Source: a virus. Taken from it: DNA of 64,000 nucleotides. The notes below the pieces were generated by a model. It was not told where the DNA came from and searched no databases. It saw only the letters and a list, made by a program, of their open reading frames with translations. The translations under genes were made by a program, and so were the position numbers. Location: the IMG/VR virus record IMGVR_UViG_3300028549_001120, one strand, 5' to 3'. Shown here piece after piece: positions 53,153 to 62,588 of the stretch. Each line of letters opens with the position of its first letter. Positions within the stretch are counted from its first letter, which is position 1.

Positions 53153-54480
53153 TTTGAAAAATTTATTTGATTAAACATATTTTGAAATTCATTTTGATAA
53201 TCTGTCTTATTTAAAGCCATTTTATCATTTCTTAATGGAGTTTTAGTCCTAGATAAAATCTCTACTGGAATTATATCTTTAAAAGTTTCTTTTAAAATTT
53301 TCTTACCCCTTCTAGATTCATAGGGAAGATTTAAAGCATATCTTACAATTTCGTGACTCAGAAAAGGATTACGGATTTCTTTAGTAAATCTCATTCCCAT
53401 TCTATCTAACCTAATATTGTGATAATATGGGAGTTCTGTAAATACATCAAAATTTTGGGTATCTTTGATTTGTGCTCTACTGTACCCAGAAAAAAGTTCG
53501 TCTGCACCGTCTCCAGTAAAGATTACAGAACCCCTACTAAATTCTATCAGTTTTGATTGTTGAAATAAACTTCCCTTTTCTATAGGATATTCGTAGGACT
53601 TAGCAATTTTTTGAATCTCCTGTACATCTCTTAAATCTGGCTTAGAAATAATTTCAATTTCACATTTATAAAAATCTTCAATATAAGGCAAATAAAAAGA
53701 ATCGTTTTGGTTTTCTATTGCTAATAATTGAAAGTTCCCTATAACGCCTAATTCGAATAAAATACCGAGTATAATAGTTGAATCTAATCCTCCGCTAATT
53801 AATAAGGTATTTGAATCAAAATTATTTATCAATCTCATTTGAACTGCTTCTTTCATAAGTTCTAATAAGTTATTTGATTTCGGAGGTCTTTTTAAATCAT
53901 ATAAGATTTTAGAATCTTTTTTAGGAACGATTCCATCAAAATAGTATAGCTTATTTGGTTCCAATCTATATATCCATTGAAAAGGAGTTAAAGAAGTTTT
54001 TTCAACTTCTGTTTGATTGAATTTATAATCTTTAAAATCTTCTTTCAAAATGGCTTTTATTTCAGAAGCAATGCAACCTTCAGTATTATAATAAAGTTGC
54101 TTTTTTCCTAAAGGGTCTGTAAAAGCATAAATCCCTTTAGGGGTTACAATACAAATTGCCCAAAATCCATCCCATTCATTATATTCAGAACCTCCAATAT
54201 TTTCTAGCCAGTTTTCTTTTTCGAAAAAGTTAATCAAATATTGAACGTCATTTTTAAAGTTCCTAGGAATGTTAAAGATTTCCCCATTGAATAATAAATA
54301 ATTCCCATTAGAAAGTTTTATGGGTTGATTATACTCATCGTCTAATAAAGTCTGGAAAGGGAGTTTAAAGTGAGTAAGAGAATAATCCAAAAACTCTACT
54401 GTAGTTTTTTTAACCCCTCTATGTGAAATTTTAGAGGGGTTGCAAAAACCGGACTTATATTGAATTGCTATTCCACACAT
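53149..54480 (-). CDS. Asparagine-synthase-B-like glutamine amidotransferase / PP-loop ATP pyrophosphatase
   Basis: N-terminal MCGI (Ntn nucleophile Cys2), PP-loop LLISGGLDST, FTGDGADELFSGY. Confidence 0.7.
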   Translation of the reverse strand: MCGIAIQYKSGFCNPSKISHRGVKKTTVEFLDYSLTHFKLPFQTLLDDEYNQPIKLSNGNYLLFNGEIFNIPRNFKNDVQYLINFFEKENWLENIGGSEYNEWDGFWAICIVTPKGIYAFTDPLGKKQLYYNTEGCIASEIKAILKEDFKDYKFNQTEVEKTSLTPFQWIYRLEPNKLYYFDGIVPKKDSKILYDLKRPPKSNNLLELMKEAVQMRLINNFDSNTLLISGGLDSTIILGILFELGVIGNFQLLAIENQNDSFYLPYIEDFYKCEIEIISKPDLRDVQEIQKIAKSYEYPIEKGSLFQQSKLIEFSRGSVIFTGDGADELFSGYSRAQIKDTQNFDVFTELPYYHNIRLDRMGMRFTKEIRNPFLSHEIVRYALNLPYESRRGKKILKETFKDIIPVEILSRTKTPLRNDKMALNKTDYQNEFQNMFNQINFSK

Positions 54481-54481
54481 A

Positions 54482-55387
54482 TTATGAAATTTTTTCTAAT
54501 ACAACTCCTACTTGATAGTAAGGAACTTTGACTTCTGGGAAACGTTTTGAGTAAGTTCTCATAAACATAGTTTCTGGAGTGTGTCTGTGAATATACCAAC
54601 CTAAGATTTTAAAATTTGGATTAGCTTCTAAAAAATCCCCCATTACAAATTTTTGAAGTAAAAATGGTTGTTTATTTTGAATACAATCTTTAATCAATGT
54701 GATAAATTTCCCACCTACTTTTAGATTTTTAGTAGCTGCTGTAAGAGTTTTAGTCATTTCTGGTCTAAAATCTCGTTTCCAATGTAAAATCCCCAAAGAT
54801 TTTTCTGCATTATAGTTATTAGTTTCAAATCCCTTTTCAGAATCTTTTTTAGGGTTCATAGGAGCATCTGAAGTAATATTGCCACTTATAATAGGATAGG
54901 GAAAGCCTGTGATTACCAAATCCAATTTGTCTTCTAAAGTAGGGAGAACTTCTCTACAATCTCCGTGTAAAACTTTCGTAAAAGCTTCTCTAGGATAGGA
55001 TTTTTTGATATGTTCTAAATTGTCTTGTAAAAGTTGATTGAATTCTACTTCTACCCCTATTGAATTTCTACCTTGTAAATATGATTCAATCATAGTAGTT
55101 CCAGAACCTACAAACGGGTCTAAAACTATTCCACCTACAGGTGAAAAGTGTTCTACTCCAAAAGAATATCCTTGGAAGTGTCCTTCGTCTAAATGTTTTT
55201 GCTCAGACTTAGGTCTGTAAGCTCTTCCACAATTTCTAGAATAATATTTACCTTCCCTGTTACAGTAAATTTCACCAAAAAATTTATGTTGTTTTAAGTC
55301 TTCCCAATGGAAGTCTTCTGGAATTTCCATTCTGAATTCTAATGATTCTCCTGGATTATTTAATTTGTTTACATATACTGTGCTCAT
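54482..55387 (-). CDS. SAM-dependent amino-methyltransferase-fold protein with motif I before a degenerate motif IV
   Basis: VLDPFVGSGTTMIESYLQGRNSIGVEV (motif I), then HGDCREVL...DLVITGFPYP where D/N/S-PP-Y/F is expected. Confidence 0.55.
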   Translation of the reverse strand: MSTVYVNKLNNPGESLEFRMEIPEDFHWEDLKQHKFFGEIYCNREGKYYSRNCGRAYRPKSEQKHLDEGHFQGYSFGVEHFSPVGGIVLDPFVGSGTTMIESYLQGRNSIGVEVEFNQLLQDNLEHIKKSYPREAFTKVLHGDCREVLPTLEDKLDLVITGFPYPIISGNITSDAPMNPKKDSEKGFETNNYNAEKSLGILHWKRDFRPEMTKTLTAATKNLKVGGKFITLIKDCIQNKQPFLLQKFVMGDFLEANPNFKILGWYIHRHTPETMFMRTYSKRFPEVKVPYYQVGVVLEKIS

Positions 55388-56232
55388 TTTAATCTTTTTT
55401 TAAGTTCGTATAAATCTGATTTGAAAATATGAAGGGACTGAATATGGAAAGTAAATCGTCCCGGTTTTACTTTATTCCAATCTAATTTTGAATTCGAATT
55501 TTTTAATGATTCCAATACAAAATATAAAAGTCTAATTGCAAGATAAATATCATTTTTGAAGTGACGTATATAATCGCAAGAACGAAGATAGTAAGTTATG
55601 TGAAGATAACCTTCACGATAGGAAAATAAATATCCTAATGTACACGGAACACGTCCTTCGTGAACTACTCCAGTATCTTCTGGGAACCAAATTGGTAAAT
55701 AAGCTTGACGAGTTGTTGGATTAGAAGACAAGTGGTTTATCAAATCTTTTAAATCCCCGTAGGGGTATCGTATACCTAAATTATTTGGGTGAGTATGGTC
55801 CTTAGGAAAATCAGTAAAATCTAATTTCTTAAAAGGGTATTTTGAATCTCCTTCAAGTTCAATCATCAACGTATTTCCAGCTTTTTTAGGCCAGAATCGT
55901 TCTTGATATGTGTGGGTGAAAATTTCTTTTCTATACTCGTCTTCTTTATAATAGGGCCAATCTTTATAAGTATTACCTGGATTTGAAGGAATTCCGGAAA
56001 TACGCTCTTCAAAATGATTATCTGCCCAAGGTAAATCTGGACTGCATTGATTCTGTAGAATTTCTAAAGTGTCTGGAATATTACATCTAAAAGTTCTATC
56101 AAAAATTTCAATCATCGGGGTTTTTAATTCAAGTCCCTGCCATTTTTCGGGTTGAATTTCTTTAGCATTAGAAGATTCAAACAATCTACCTGCTTCAACT
56201 ATAATTGCTCTAGGATTTGGAAATATCTTCAT
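55384..56232 (-). CDS. Second thymidylate-synthase-fold protein (dNMP C5 methylase/hydroxymethylase candidate)
   Basis: TRQAYLPIWFPED ... RVPCTLGYLF ... YYLRSCDYIRHFKNDIY ... SLHIF aligns by eye with ThyA SRRIIVSAWN ... APCHAFFQF ... LYQRSCDVFLGLPFNIASY ... DTHLY. Confidence 0.6.
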   Translation of the reverse strand: MKIFPNPRAIIVEAGRLFESSNAKEIQPEKWQGLELKTPMIEIFDRTFRCNIPDTLEILQNQCSPDLPWADNHFEERISGIPSNPGNTYKDWPYYKEDEYRKEIFTHTYQERFWPKKAGNTLMIELEGDSKYPFKKLDFTDFPKDHTHPNNLGIRYPYGDLKDLINHLSSNPTTRQAYLPIWFPEDTGVVHEGRVPCTLGYLFSYREGYLHITYYLRSCDYIRHFKNDIYLAIRLLYFVLESLKNSNSKLDWNKVKPGRFTFHIQSLHIFKSDLYELKKRLK

Positions 56233-56524
56233 TGTCTAGTATTTTTTGGAATTCTGGAAATAACGGGACTTCATTTGTACCTAATCCTGGGATTTGTTCT
56301 GGTTTATTTCTTAAAAAATTTGCCATTTTCTCGTACCAATTTACTTTAATCAATTCTTGATTTACATCGTCTTTTTTGCCTAATCTTGCTCTATACTTAA
56401 AAGCATTCATTTCACAAAAAAGCATTACTGCTTGTGTACCCCAAATTGCTTCAAGTTGGTGGATTACATTTATTCGTTGGTCAGAATAATGTTTTGCGTT
56501 TCCTTTGTTATCGTAATTACTCAT
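56210..56524 (-). CDS. DUF3310-like phage protein
   Basis: KHYSDQRINVIHQLEAIWG...FCEMNAFKYRARLGKKDDVNQELIKVNWY resembles the conserved DUF3310 pattern. Confidence 0.5.
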   Translation of the reverse strand: MSNYDNKGNAKHYSDQRINVIHQLEAIWGTQAVMLFCEMNAFKYRARLGKKDDVNQELIKVNWYEKMANFLRNKPEQIPGLGTNEVPLFPEFQKILDNEDISKS

Positions 56525-56990
56525 TGAAATAATCGCTTATTAGTGATAGTGGAGTTGGGTCTGGAATGTTGCATCCCTTCTCTGCATAAAATCTTTGTAT
56601 TTTCTCTTTTGCTTCCATAAATTCAGCTGTACTCATATCTGAGGTTCTAATTCCTTGCATTACTAAAACTTCCTCCCCAAACATTTCTTTGTGAACATAT
56701 TTGATTCCTAATATTCTAGTACAAACGTAGATATGGATTTCCTCTGGAGTTAATTTATCTCCAAAATTTTCTAAGTGCCAAGAAGCAATACGAACGTAAC
56801 AAACCCCCCAAAGCCATCTATTTTGTGCATCAGAACGCTTTTTAGAAAGTGGTTGAACAGTTACTAAAAGTTCCTTATTCTTAAATTTAGAAAAAATCCG
56901 TTCAACAAAACTAGGTTTCTCCCAATCAAATTGTTTTATATTTGATTCTGAAATATTAGCTATAAGTTCGTATTTTTTTATGAAAGACAT
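56517..56990 (-). CDS. NinB/Orf-like recombination mediator (weak)
   Basis: KKRSDAQNRWLWGVCYVRIA resembles the NinB RS-x-x-QN segment. 157 aa. Confidence 0.3.
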   Translation of the reverse strand: MSFIKKYELIANISESNIKQFDWEKPSFVERIFSKFKNKELLVTVQPLSKKRSDAQNRWLWGVCYVRIASWHLENFGDKLTPEEIHIYVCTRILGIKYVHKEMFGEEVLVMQGIRTSDMSTAEFMEAKEKIQRFYAEKGCNIPDPTPLSLISDYFNE

Positions 56991-57007
56991 AATTAAAATT
57001 TTAAAAT

Positions 57008-57036
57008 AAGCCCGAAATTTCTCTCGGGCTTAAAAA
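57008..57036 (-). terminator. Rho-independent terminator after the SSB gene
   Basis: Minus strand: AAGCCCGA-GAGAAATT-TCGGGCTT, then ATTTTAAAATTTT. Confidence 0.7.
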
Positions 57037-57054
57037 TTGTGTTAAACAATCAAA

Positions 57055-58032
57055 CTAGTCGTCCAAGGATTCCAAATCATCTACAATTGAATTTGAAGAT
57101 TTTTCTTTTGGTTTCTCTGGTTGCTTAGTTTCTTTTTCCTCTGAAAATCTACTTCTAGTATTAGTACGTCTTCTAGGGGTTTCCTCTTCTCCTACTTCTT
57201 TAGGAGTTTCTTTTTCAGAATTTCTGGTTCTAGCTGGTTTATCTTCTGTTTTCTCTTCTTTGTCTGATTCCTCAGACTGGTATCTAGATTTTTTCAAATC
57301 TGCAGAAGGAGCAGCATCCCCATAAAAATATTGATTTAAAATTCCTTCCAAATAATCATCTGTATAACATCCCTTTTTAGAAAGTTCAATCATATTTGGA
57401 ATTGATTTATAATACTTCTCATCAATCTCACAAGGTTCGTCGACAGCTGCACTGTATTCTGTACTTAATCCGGAACCAGTTTTGGAAAGGGAAAGATTGA
57501 ATCCTTCTACTCTGTCCATTACTCCATCTTCTACGTTTTTAAGTTTACGCATAATTTTAGGAGCTAAAATTTGTTTGTTGATAGCACCAATAAGCTGTGG
57601 TCCGCATTGCATTACTTTGTATTTACCTCCGATTACTTCTACAGATTCTACTGCTCCGTCTTCGTCATACCCACAATTTAAGTGAAGCATTGGGAAGATA
57701 AAAGTTTTCTTAGGTTTTACAATTGCATCGTAAAGTCCTTGTAATTCTTTGTCCACCTTTCCTTTTTTCTTTTGAGCTTGTAGTTCTGAATCTACATCTG
57801 CCAAAAATTCCTCGATAGTACATCTATCTCCGAAAGTTGAAGGTGATACATAAGGCTTATTTGCAATCCAATAAATAGATTGTTCAAAATAGTAAAGCCC
57901 GTTAAGTTCTGGTCCCGGAGGAAGGATTCTAATGATTGTGTCTTCTCCGATTTCTTTAGCGTTGAAATAGTCATTATTCCCGGCTGAAAGATTTTTGTCT
58001 GCGTTTTTCAACGCCTCTAAATTTAGTGCCAT
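57055..58032 (-). CDS. Single-stranded DNA-binding protein (T4 gp32-like)
   Basis: IIRILPPGPE and YWIANKPYVSPSTFGDRC resemble the gp32 core. Long charged C-terminus ending in acidic DDLESLDD. Adjacent to the polymerase gene. Confidence 0.55.
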   Translation of the reverse strand: MALNLEALKNADKNLSAGNNDYFNAKEIGEDTIIRILPPGPELNGLYYFEQSIYWIANKPYVSPSTFGDRCTIEEFLADVDSELQAQKKKGKVDKELQGLYDAIVKPKKTFIFPMLHLNCGYDEDGAVESVEVIGGKYKVMQCGPQLIGAINKQILAPKIMRKLKNVEDGVMDRVEGFNLSLSKTGSGLSTEYSAAVDEPCEIDEKYYKSIPNMIELSKKGCYTDDYLEGILNQYFYGDAAPSADLKKSRYQSEESDKEEKTEDKPARTRNSEKETPKEVGEEETPRRRTNTRSRFSEEKETKQPEKPKEKSSNSIVDDLESLDD

Positions 58033-58076
58033 AAAATGAAATTAAATTGGTTAAACATTATTTTTAAATTGATATG

Positions 58077-58106
58077 CAAATATACATCTTTTTATTTAGA
58101 TAAAAA
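58077..58106 (-). promoter_or_regulatory. Early-type promoter cassette (-7 box TATATTTG)
   Basis: Minus strand: TTTTTATCTAAATAAAAAGATG-TATATTTG-CATATC. Confidence 0.65.
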
Positions 58107-58117
58107 ACTTTTTTTAA

Positions 58118-60769
58118 TTATTTTTGAAAATATTCGTCTAATGGTTTCATATCTCCCCAAGATATTTCTGAAACTTCAGCATCCATCTTCATTTTTACTT
58201 CTCCTGGGAAAATCTTAAAATATAATTCTATAGGTGGATATTCACAAGCTTTTACAATAATTGGGTGAACATATTCAAACATATCTTTTTTAATATAAAA
58301 GAATATTGAATCGTGAACAGTATTGAAAAAGAAAGTGCCTTCTGGTAACCTTTGTCTAAGAATGGCAGCTGAAAATATTGCATATTCTCCTGAAGTTCCC
58401 TGAATTGGCGAATTTATTGCTGCTCTTACATCCATTCCATAAGCACCTGTTTTAGGGTCTGCAGTTTGAATATTTAGCAATCTTCTTTTTCTCCCGAATA
58501 AAGTTCTTACATACCCGTATTTTTTTGCGAATTCAGTATAAACTTTGTGCCAACTTCTAAGCTTATTATAAGTTTGAAAGAATTTTTTATATTTTACTTC
58601 TGCTTGTTCTTTAGTTAAAATTACCCCATAATTATTTTTAGCATAATCCATATAGCCATCAATACTCATATCATAAACTAATCCAAAATTCGTTCCCTTT
58701 GCAGTATTACGATTTGCTTTGTATTCGTCTTTTGGTAGTTGTCTAAATTCCTCTAATGATAGACTTAATTCATTTGCTGCTGTGATTTCGTGAATATCAT
58801 AATCATTTTTATAGGTTTCAGTCATTACTGGGTCTCCGGAAAAATTAGCAATTACACGTAATTCTGCTTGTGAATAGTCATACTGCAACATATAATAATC
58901 ATCCCCTAGATTTGAAAAGAATTTTTTTACTTGTTTAAGGGTCCAAAGTGCTTCGTCATCTTTGAATTTTAACCTAGCAGGAATATTTTGAAGGTTTGGA
59001 TTTCGTGAACTTAATCTCCCGGAAGTAGTACCCGTAAGTAGGAAAGAAGTATGTACTTTTTTATCTACATCCATTCTTTCTAAAAGTCCTTTATAGTAAG
59101 TACTAATCATTGAACTTATAGAGCGATATGCAAGTAATTTATCCATAAAAGGGTGGTGAAGTTCATTCAAATATTCCCTTTTTGTTGTCCTTACATATTC
59201 TTTCTTAAATGGGTCATACATAAGTGGAAATTTGAACCCTTTGTCGGAAAATAATAATTCACCGAGCTGTGTTACACTTTTGAAATTAATTCCTTCATAT
59301 AAATTCACCTCACCAGTTTTCAATTGTTTTAACTGCTCTTTATACTTTCTTTTAAGTGCCGTATCTTTCCCAGGGAATTTTATTTCCTGGGCTTCTAATT
59401 TAAGGGTCAAAGCATCTATGGAAGATTTTAATTTTTCTTTGGATTGTTCTAATTCAAATTTCTTTACTTCCGGGAAAGCTAGAAGTTCATTCATTTTAAT
59501 TTCCAAAAAACCTTCAGCTTTTTCTATAGATTCGTAAATTAATTTATCGTCCAACTTTGCTCCAAAATGTTCTGCATCAAATAAAGCTAAAAATGCTGGC
59601 ATACTAAGATTTCTATAAAGTATATAAAGTCTATGGTCCATCATTTCTAACTTTTCTAAATATTCTACAGAATGTAATGGAATTCCATTTTCGTCTAGTT
59701 TCCTTCTAATAGTTTGGATTTGTTTTAATGGGAGTTTATCTTCAATCAATAAATCCTCGAAATAATCCCTTAGTCTAAGTGTTAAGTCTGTATCTAATGC
59801 AGCATATCGAGAAAGTAAATCTAAAGGAACCTCATCCCATTTATATTTGCCAACCCCGTCTTCATACCCAGTAAATTTGATAAAATATTTTCTAGCAAGT
59901 TCCTTTAATCCATTTTTAGTATTTTCGTCTAAAATATGGCTCATAATCATAGTATCATCGAATCTTCCATCAAATTTTTTGCATCCATATTTTACTACCC
60001 AGTGCAAATCAAATTTTAAGTTGTGAGCTATTTTATTTACTTTGGGATTTGAAAAAATCTCTCGTTCTAAAATTTGAAAAAATTCTAAAACATCTTCCTC
60101 AGTAAAAGGAGAATCAAAATGTAAAAGTGGTAAAATATAAGAATATCCGTGCTGGAAAGAAATAGAAAGAATTGTAGCTTTTTGCTCTTCACGGAACCAA
60201 TCGAGTCCTGTTGTTTCAAAGTCAAAACAAAATGTTCCAGTTTGTTTACAAAATTCTAAAATTTCTAAAAACCTAGATTTTTCAGTAATAATTTCATATT
60301 GAGTTTCACTTTTAAAATCCATTCCATTTGCTAAGAATAACGCTTTATTAGTGGTATCTAAAAGCTCTTCATTTTTATCAAATCCTTGCTTTTCATATAA
60401 CCTTAAAGAACCTAAGTAAAATATTGGAAACTCTTTTTCTCCTATTTTATAAGTTGATTGTCTTCCTCTAGATTTTGCAAAAGTATTATTCGATAAAAAT
60501 TCGGTTGCAGATTTACCAAAAACCATAATGCAAGTAGGATTCAATTCAGTTATTTCAGATTTAATAGTTTCCCATCTATCCCAGAATCTTACGGATTCTA
60601 CAAATTCTTTTGTAGTTACCTGTCCTTTAGTTTTAGGCCTTTCACTGAGTAAAAAATCCCCATTTACATCCTTTCCTAATTCTAATCCAAATAATTTAGC
60701 CCAAGTATCTAATTGTGCTAAAGGGGTTGAATATTCCCCTTCATAGATTACATATATTTTAGTCTGCAT
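58118..60769 (-). CDS. Family A DNA polymerase with 3'-5' exonuclease domain and an extra N-terminal domain
   Basis: Exo motifs FDFETTGLD, HNLKFDLHW, YAALDTDL. Pol motif A DYSQAELRVIA, motif B RNTAKGTNFGLVYDMS, motif C VHDSIFF. About 170 aa precede Exo I. Confidence 0.9.
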   Translation of the reverse strand: MQTKIYVIYEGEYSTPLAQLDTWAKLFGLELGKDVNGDFLLSERPKTKGQVTTKEFVESVRFWDRWETIKSEITELNPTCIMVFGKSATEFLSNNTFAKSRGRQSTYKIGEKEFPIFYLGSLRLYEKQGFDKNEELLDTTNKALFLANGMDFKSETQYEIITEKSRFLEILEFCKQTGTFCFDFETTGLDWFREEQKATILSISFQHGYSYILPLLHFDSPFTEEDVLEFFQILEREIFSNPKVNKIAHNLKFDLHWVVKYGCKKFDGRFDDTMIMSHILDENTKNGLKELARKYFIKFTGYEDGVGKYKWDEVPLDLLSRYAALDTDLTLRLRDYFEDLLIEDKLPLKQIQTIRRKLDENGIPLHSVEYLEKLEMMDHRLYILYRNLSMPAFLALFDAEHFGAKLDDKLIYESIEKAEGFLEIKMNELLAFPEVKKFELEQSKEKLKSSIDALTLKLEAQEIKFPGKDTALKRKYKEQLKQLKTGEVNLYEGINFKSVTQLGELLFSDKGFKFPLMYDPFKKEYVRTTKREYLNELHHPFMDKLLAYRSISSMISTYYKGLLERMDVDKKVHTSFLLTGTTSGRLSSRNPNLQNIPARLKFKDDEALWTLKQVKKFFSNLGDDYYMLQYDYSQAELRVIANFSGDPVMTETYKNDYDIHEITAANELSLSLEEFRQLPKDEYKANRNTAKGTNFGLVYDMSIDGYMDYAKNNYGVILTKEQAEVKYKKFFQTYNKLRSWHKVYTEFAKKYGYVRTLFGRKRRLLNIQTADPKTGAYGMDVRAAINSPIQGTSGEYAIFSAAILRQRLPEGTFFFNTVHDSIFFYIKKDMFEYVHPIIVKACEYPPIELYFKIFPGEVKMKMDAEVSEISWGDMKPLDEYFQK

Positions 60770-61190
60770 AAGCTAATCCACTTTTAAAAGTTACTTTATA
60801 CTCCACTTTGAAATTTTTAATATTTTGAATAATACTTTCGTGGTCATCCGATTTCGAACGCTGTTTTACCCAATTGTATACTTGTTCTGTAGTGAGTTTT
60901 CCTGGGTCTGATTGTATTTCATTGTAGAGCCTTTCCCAAGGAACTCGTTTGAAATTTACCTCATCTAAGAAATTTATTCCTTGGTGTTCTTTAACTTTTT
61001 GGACTTTCTTTTTTATATGAAAATTTCTATATAAAGTTCCACAAACTTCAATATCAGCACAAAGTGAACATTCCGTACTATCGGGTTTCCATTCGTTACC
61101 AAAACAATCGGACTCATTTAAAGTAAAGTCGTCTAAATTAAGTGGTCTTGATAAATCTACTTCCGTTTTTGTATTTTTCTTTTCTCTCAT
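60759..61190 (-). CDS. Hypothetical Cys-containing protein
   Basis: 143-aa ORF with CFGNEWKPDSTECSLCADIEVC. Confidence 0.6.
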   Translation of the reverse strand: MREKKNTKTEVDLSRPLNLDDFTLNESDCFGNEWKPDSTECSLCADIEVCGTLYRNFHIKKKVQKVKEHQGINFLDEVNFKRVPWERLYNEIQSDPGKLTTEQVYNWVKQRSKSDDHESIIQNIKNFKVEYKVTFKSGLAYAD

Positions 61191-62584
61191 ATTGGTACTC
61201 CTAATTTTGAATGTTTATATTGAAATTCTATTTCAAATTCCTCTTTTTGATATATTTTTAATCTATCCTTAGAATGTTTACTAACCCAACCTCCACGGTC
61301 ATAAAAATCTATGATTTCAACAGAATCATTAATCCCGTCGTGTCTTAAAGCTCGCCCGATAAACTGTTTTATTCTAATAGTTGATTTACCTCCGTGTGCC
61401 AAAATTAAAGTATTGATATTTGGAATATTGATTCCTTCTTGGAGAATCATTGAAGCTATTAAAATATGGATTTTACCTTCCTTGAAAAGTTTTATTTTCT
61501 CTTCTCTTTCCCTATCTTCTCCGTGAACTATTTCTACAACTCTATCTGAAATTACAAATGATAGTTTATCGTATAAAAATTGCCCATGTTCAATCTCTAC
61601 AAAACTTATTAAAATCTGTTTATCTTCTCGATTTTTGCAAATCTCTACAATCTTATTCGTACGTTCTTTATTGTACATTATAAAATCTTCGTATGCTTCT
61701 CTATAGTCTAATTTAGGAACCATTTGTTGTCCTGCATCAAATAACTTTATAATAGGTTTTTGACTGAATCCAGATTCTATCATAAATTTATTTTCTATCT
61801 TTGTGAGAATCTTCCCAAAAGAAGCTACTAATTTTATCTTTTTCATTTCTGATTCCATTTCTAAAGCAGTTCCTGAAAACAAAAGCCTAATTGGTGCATC
61901 AATATATTCTAAGATTTGCTGATATTCTTTAGAAGCAGCTCTGTGTCCCTCATCTACCATTAAGATTTCAACCTCAGATAAATATTTTTTAAGATTAAAA
62001 TCTTTCTTAGTAGAATTCAATAAGCTTTTTACCATCGCTATAGTTAAATTCTCCAATTCTATTTTACCTGACTTTATTACTCCTACTTTATACTTTTCTG
62101 AAAAAAATTCTACTGCTTTATTAAAAATTGAAGTATTGTGAATGATTATTAAAGTCTTTCCCTTGATATTTCTATAAATATTTTCCATTATATAATCCTT
62201 TCCAGCATTAGTAGCTGCATCCATAATCCCTCTTAGATATGGAATATTTTCTCCAAGGAATGATTTTTTTAAAATCTTCTTTATAGTATCTTCTTGATAT
62301 TCACGAACATCAGAAAAATCCCAATTTTCTGGAATTGGTATTACATTATTTCGCATATCTATGATTTCTACTTTAGATTCTATTTTTGATAAAACCATTG
62401 GAAGCATTCCAGTAGGAAATTCATTATTACTGTTTAAGAAATATGTGATTCCATTCCAATTTGAATTTTTTAAGTGTGTAGTATCTGATTTGAATGATAG
62501 ATAGTTTCTAAGTTCTCGAACATAAGAAAATTCACCTTGTTCAAAGATGATTTTACTTTTAATATTTCGGATTACTATTTTCAT
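61187..62584 (-). CDS. SF2 DNA helicase (DEAH / ResIII-type)
   Basis: Motif I ATNAGKD, motif II MVDEGHRA, motif III SGT, motif VI FIGRALRH. Confidence 0.8.
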   Translation of the reverse strand: MKIVIRNIKSKIIFEQGEFSYVRELRNYLSFKSDTTHLKNSNWNGITYFLNSNNEFPTGMLPMVLSKIESKVEIIDMRNNVIPIPENWDFSDVREYQEDTIKKILKKSFLGENIPYLRGIMDAATNAGKDYIMENIYRNIKGKTLIIIHNTSIFNKAVEFFSEKYKVGVIKSGKIELENLTIAMVKSLLNSTKKDFNLKKYLSEVEILMVDEGHRAASKEYQQILEYIDAPIRLLFSGTALEMESEMKKIKLVASFGKILTKIENKFMIESGFSQKPIIKLFDAGQQMVPKLDYREAYEDFIMYNKERTNKIVEICKNREDKQILISFVEIEHGQFLYDKLSFVISDRVVEIVHGEDREREEKIKLFKEGKIHILIASMILQEGINIPNINTLILAHGGKSTIRIKQFIGRALRHDGINDSVEIIDFYDRGGWVSKHSKDRLKIYQKEEFEIEFQYKHSKLGVPI

Positions 62585-62588
62585 ATTG

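Noticed and set aside
53149-54480. Interpreting the PP-loop enzyme as QueC or Gat-QueC of a 7-deazaguanine pathway
   Set aside because: The motifs are those of asparagine synthase B (MCGI, SGGLDS, GDGADELFSGY). It lacks the QueC SGGQDS motif and the C-terminal Cys cluster. No FolE/QueD/QueE/DpdA-like genes are visible in this window.
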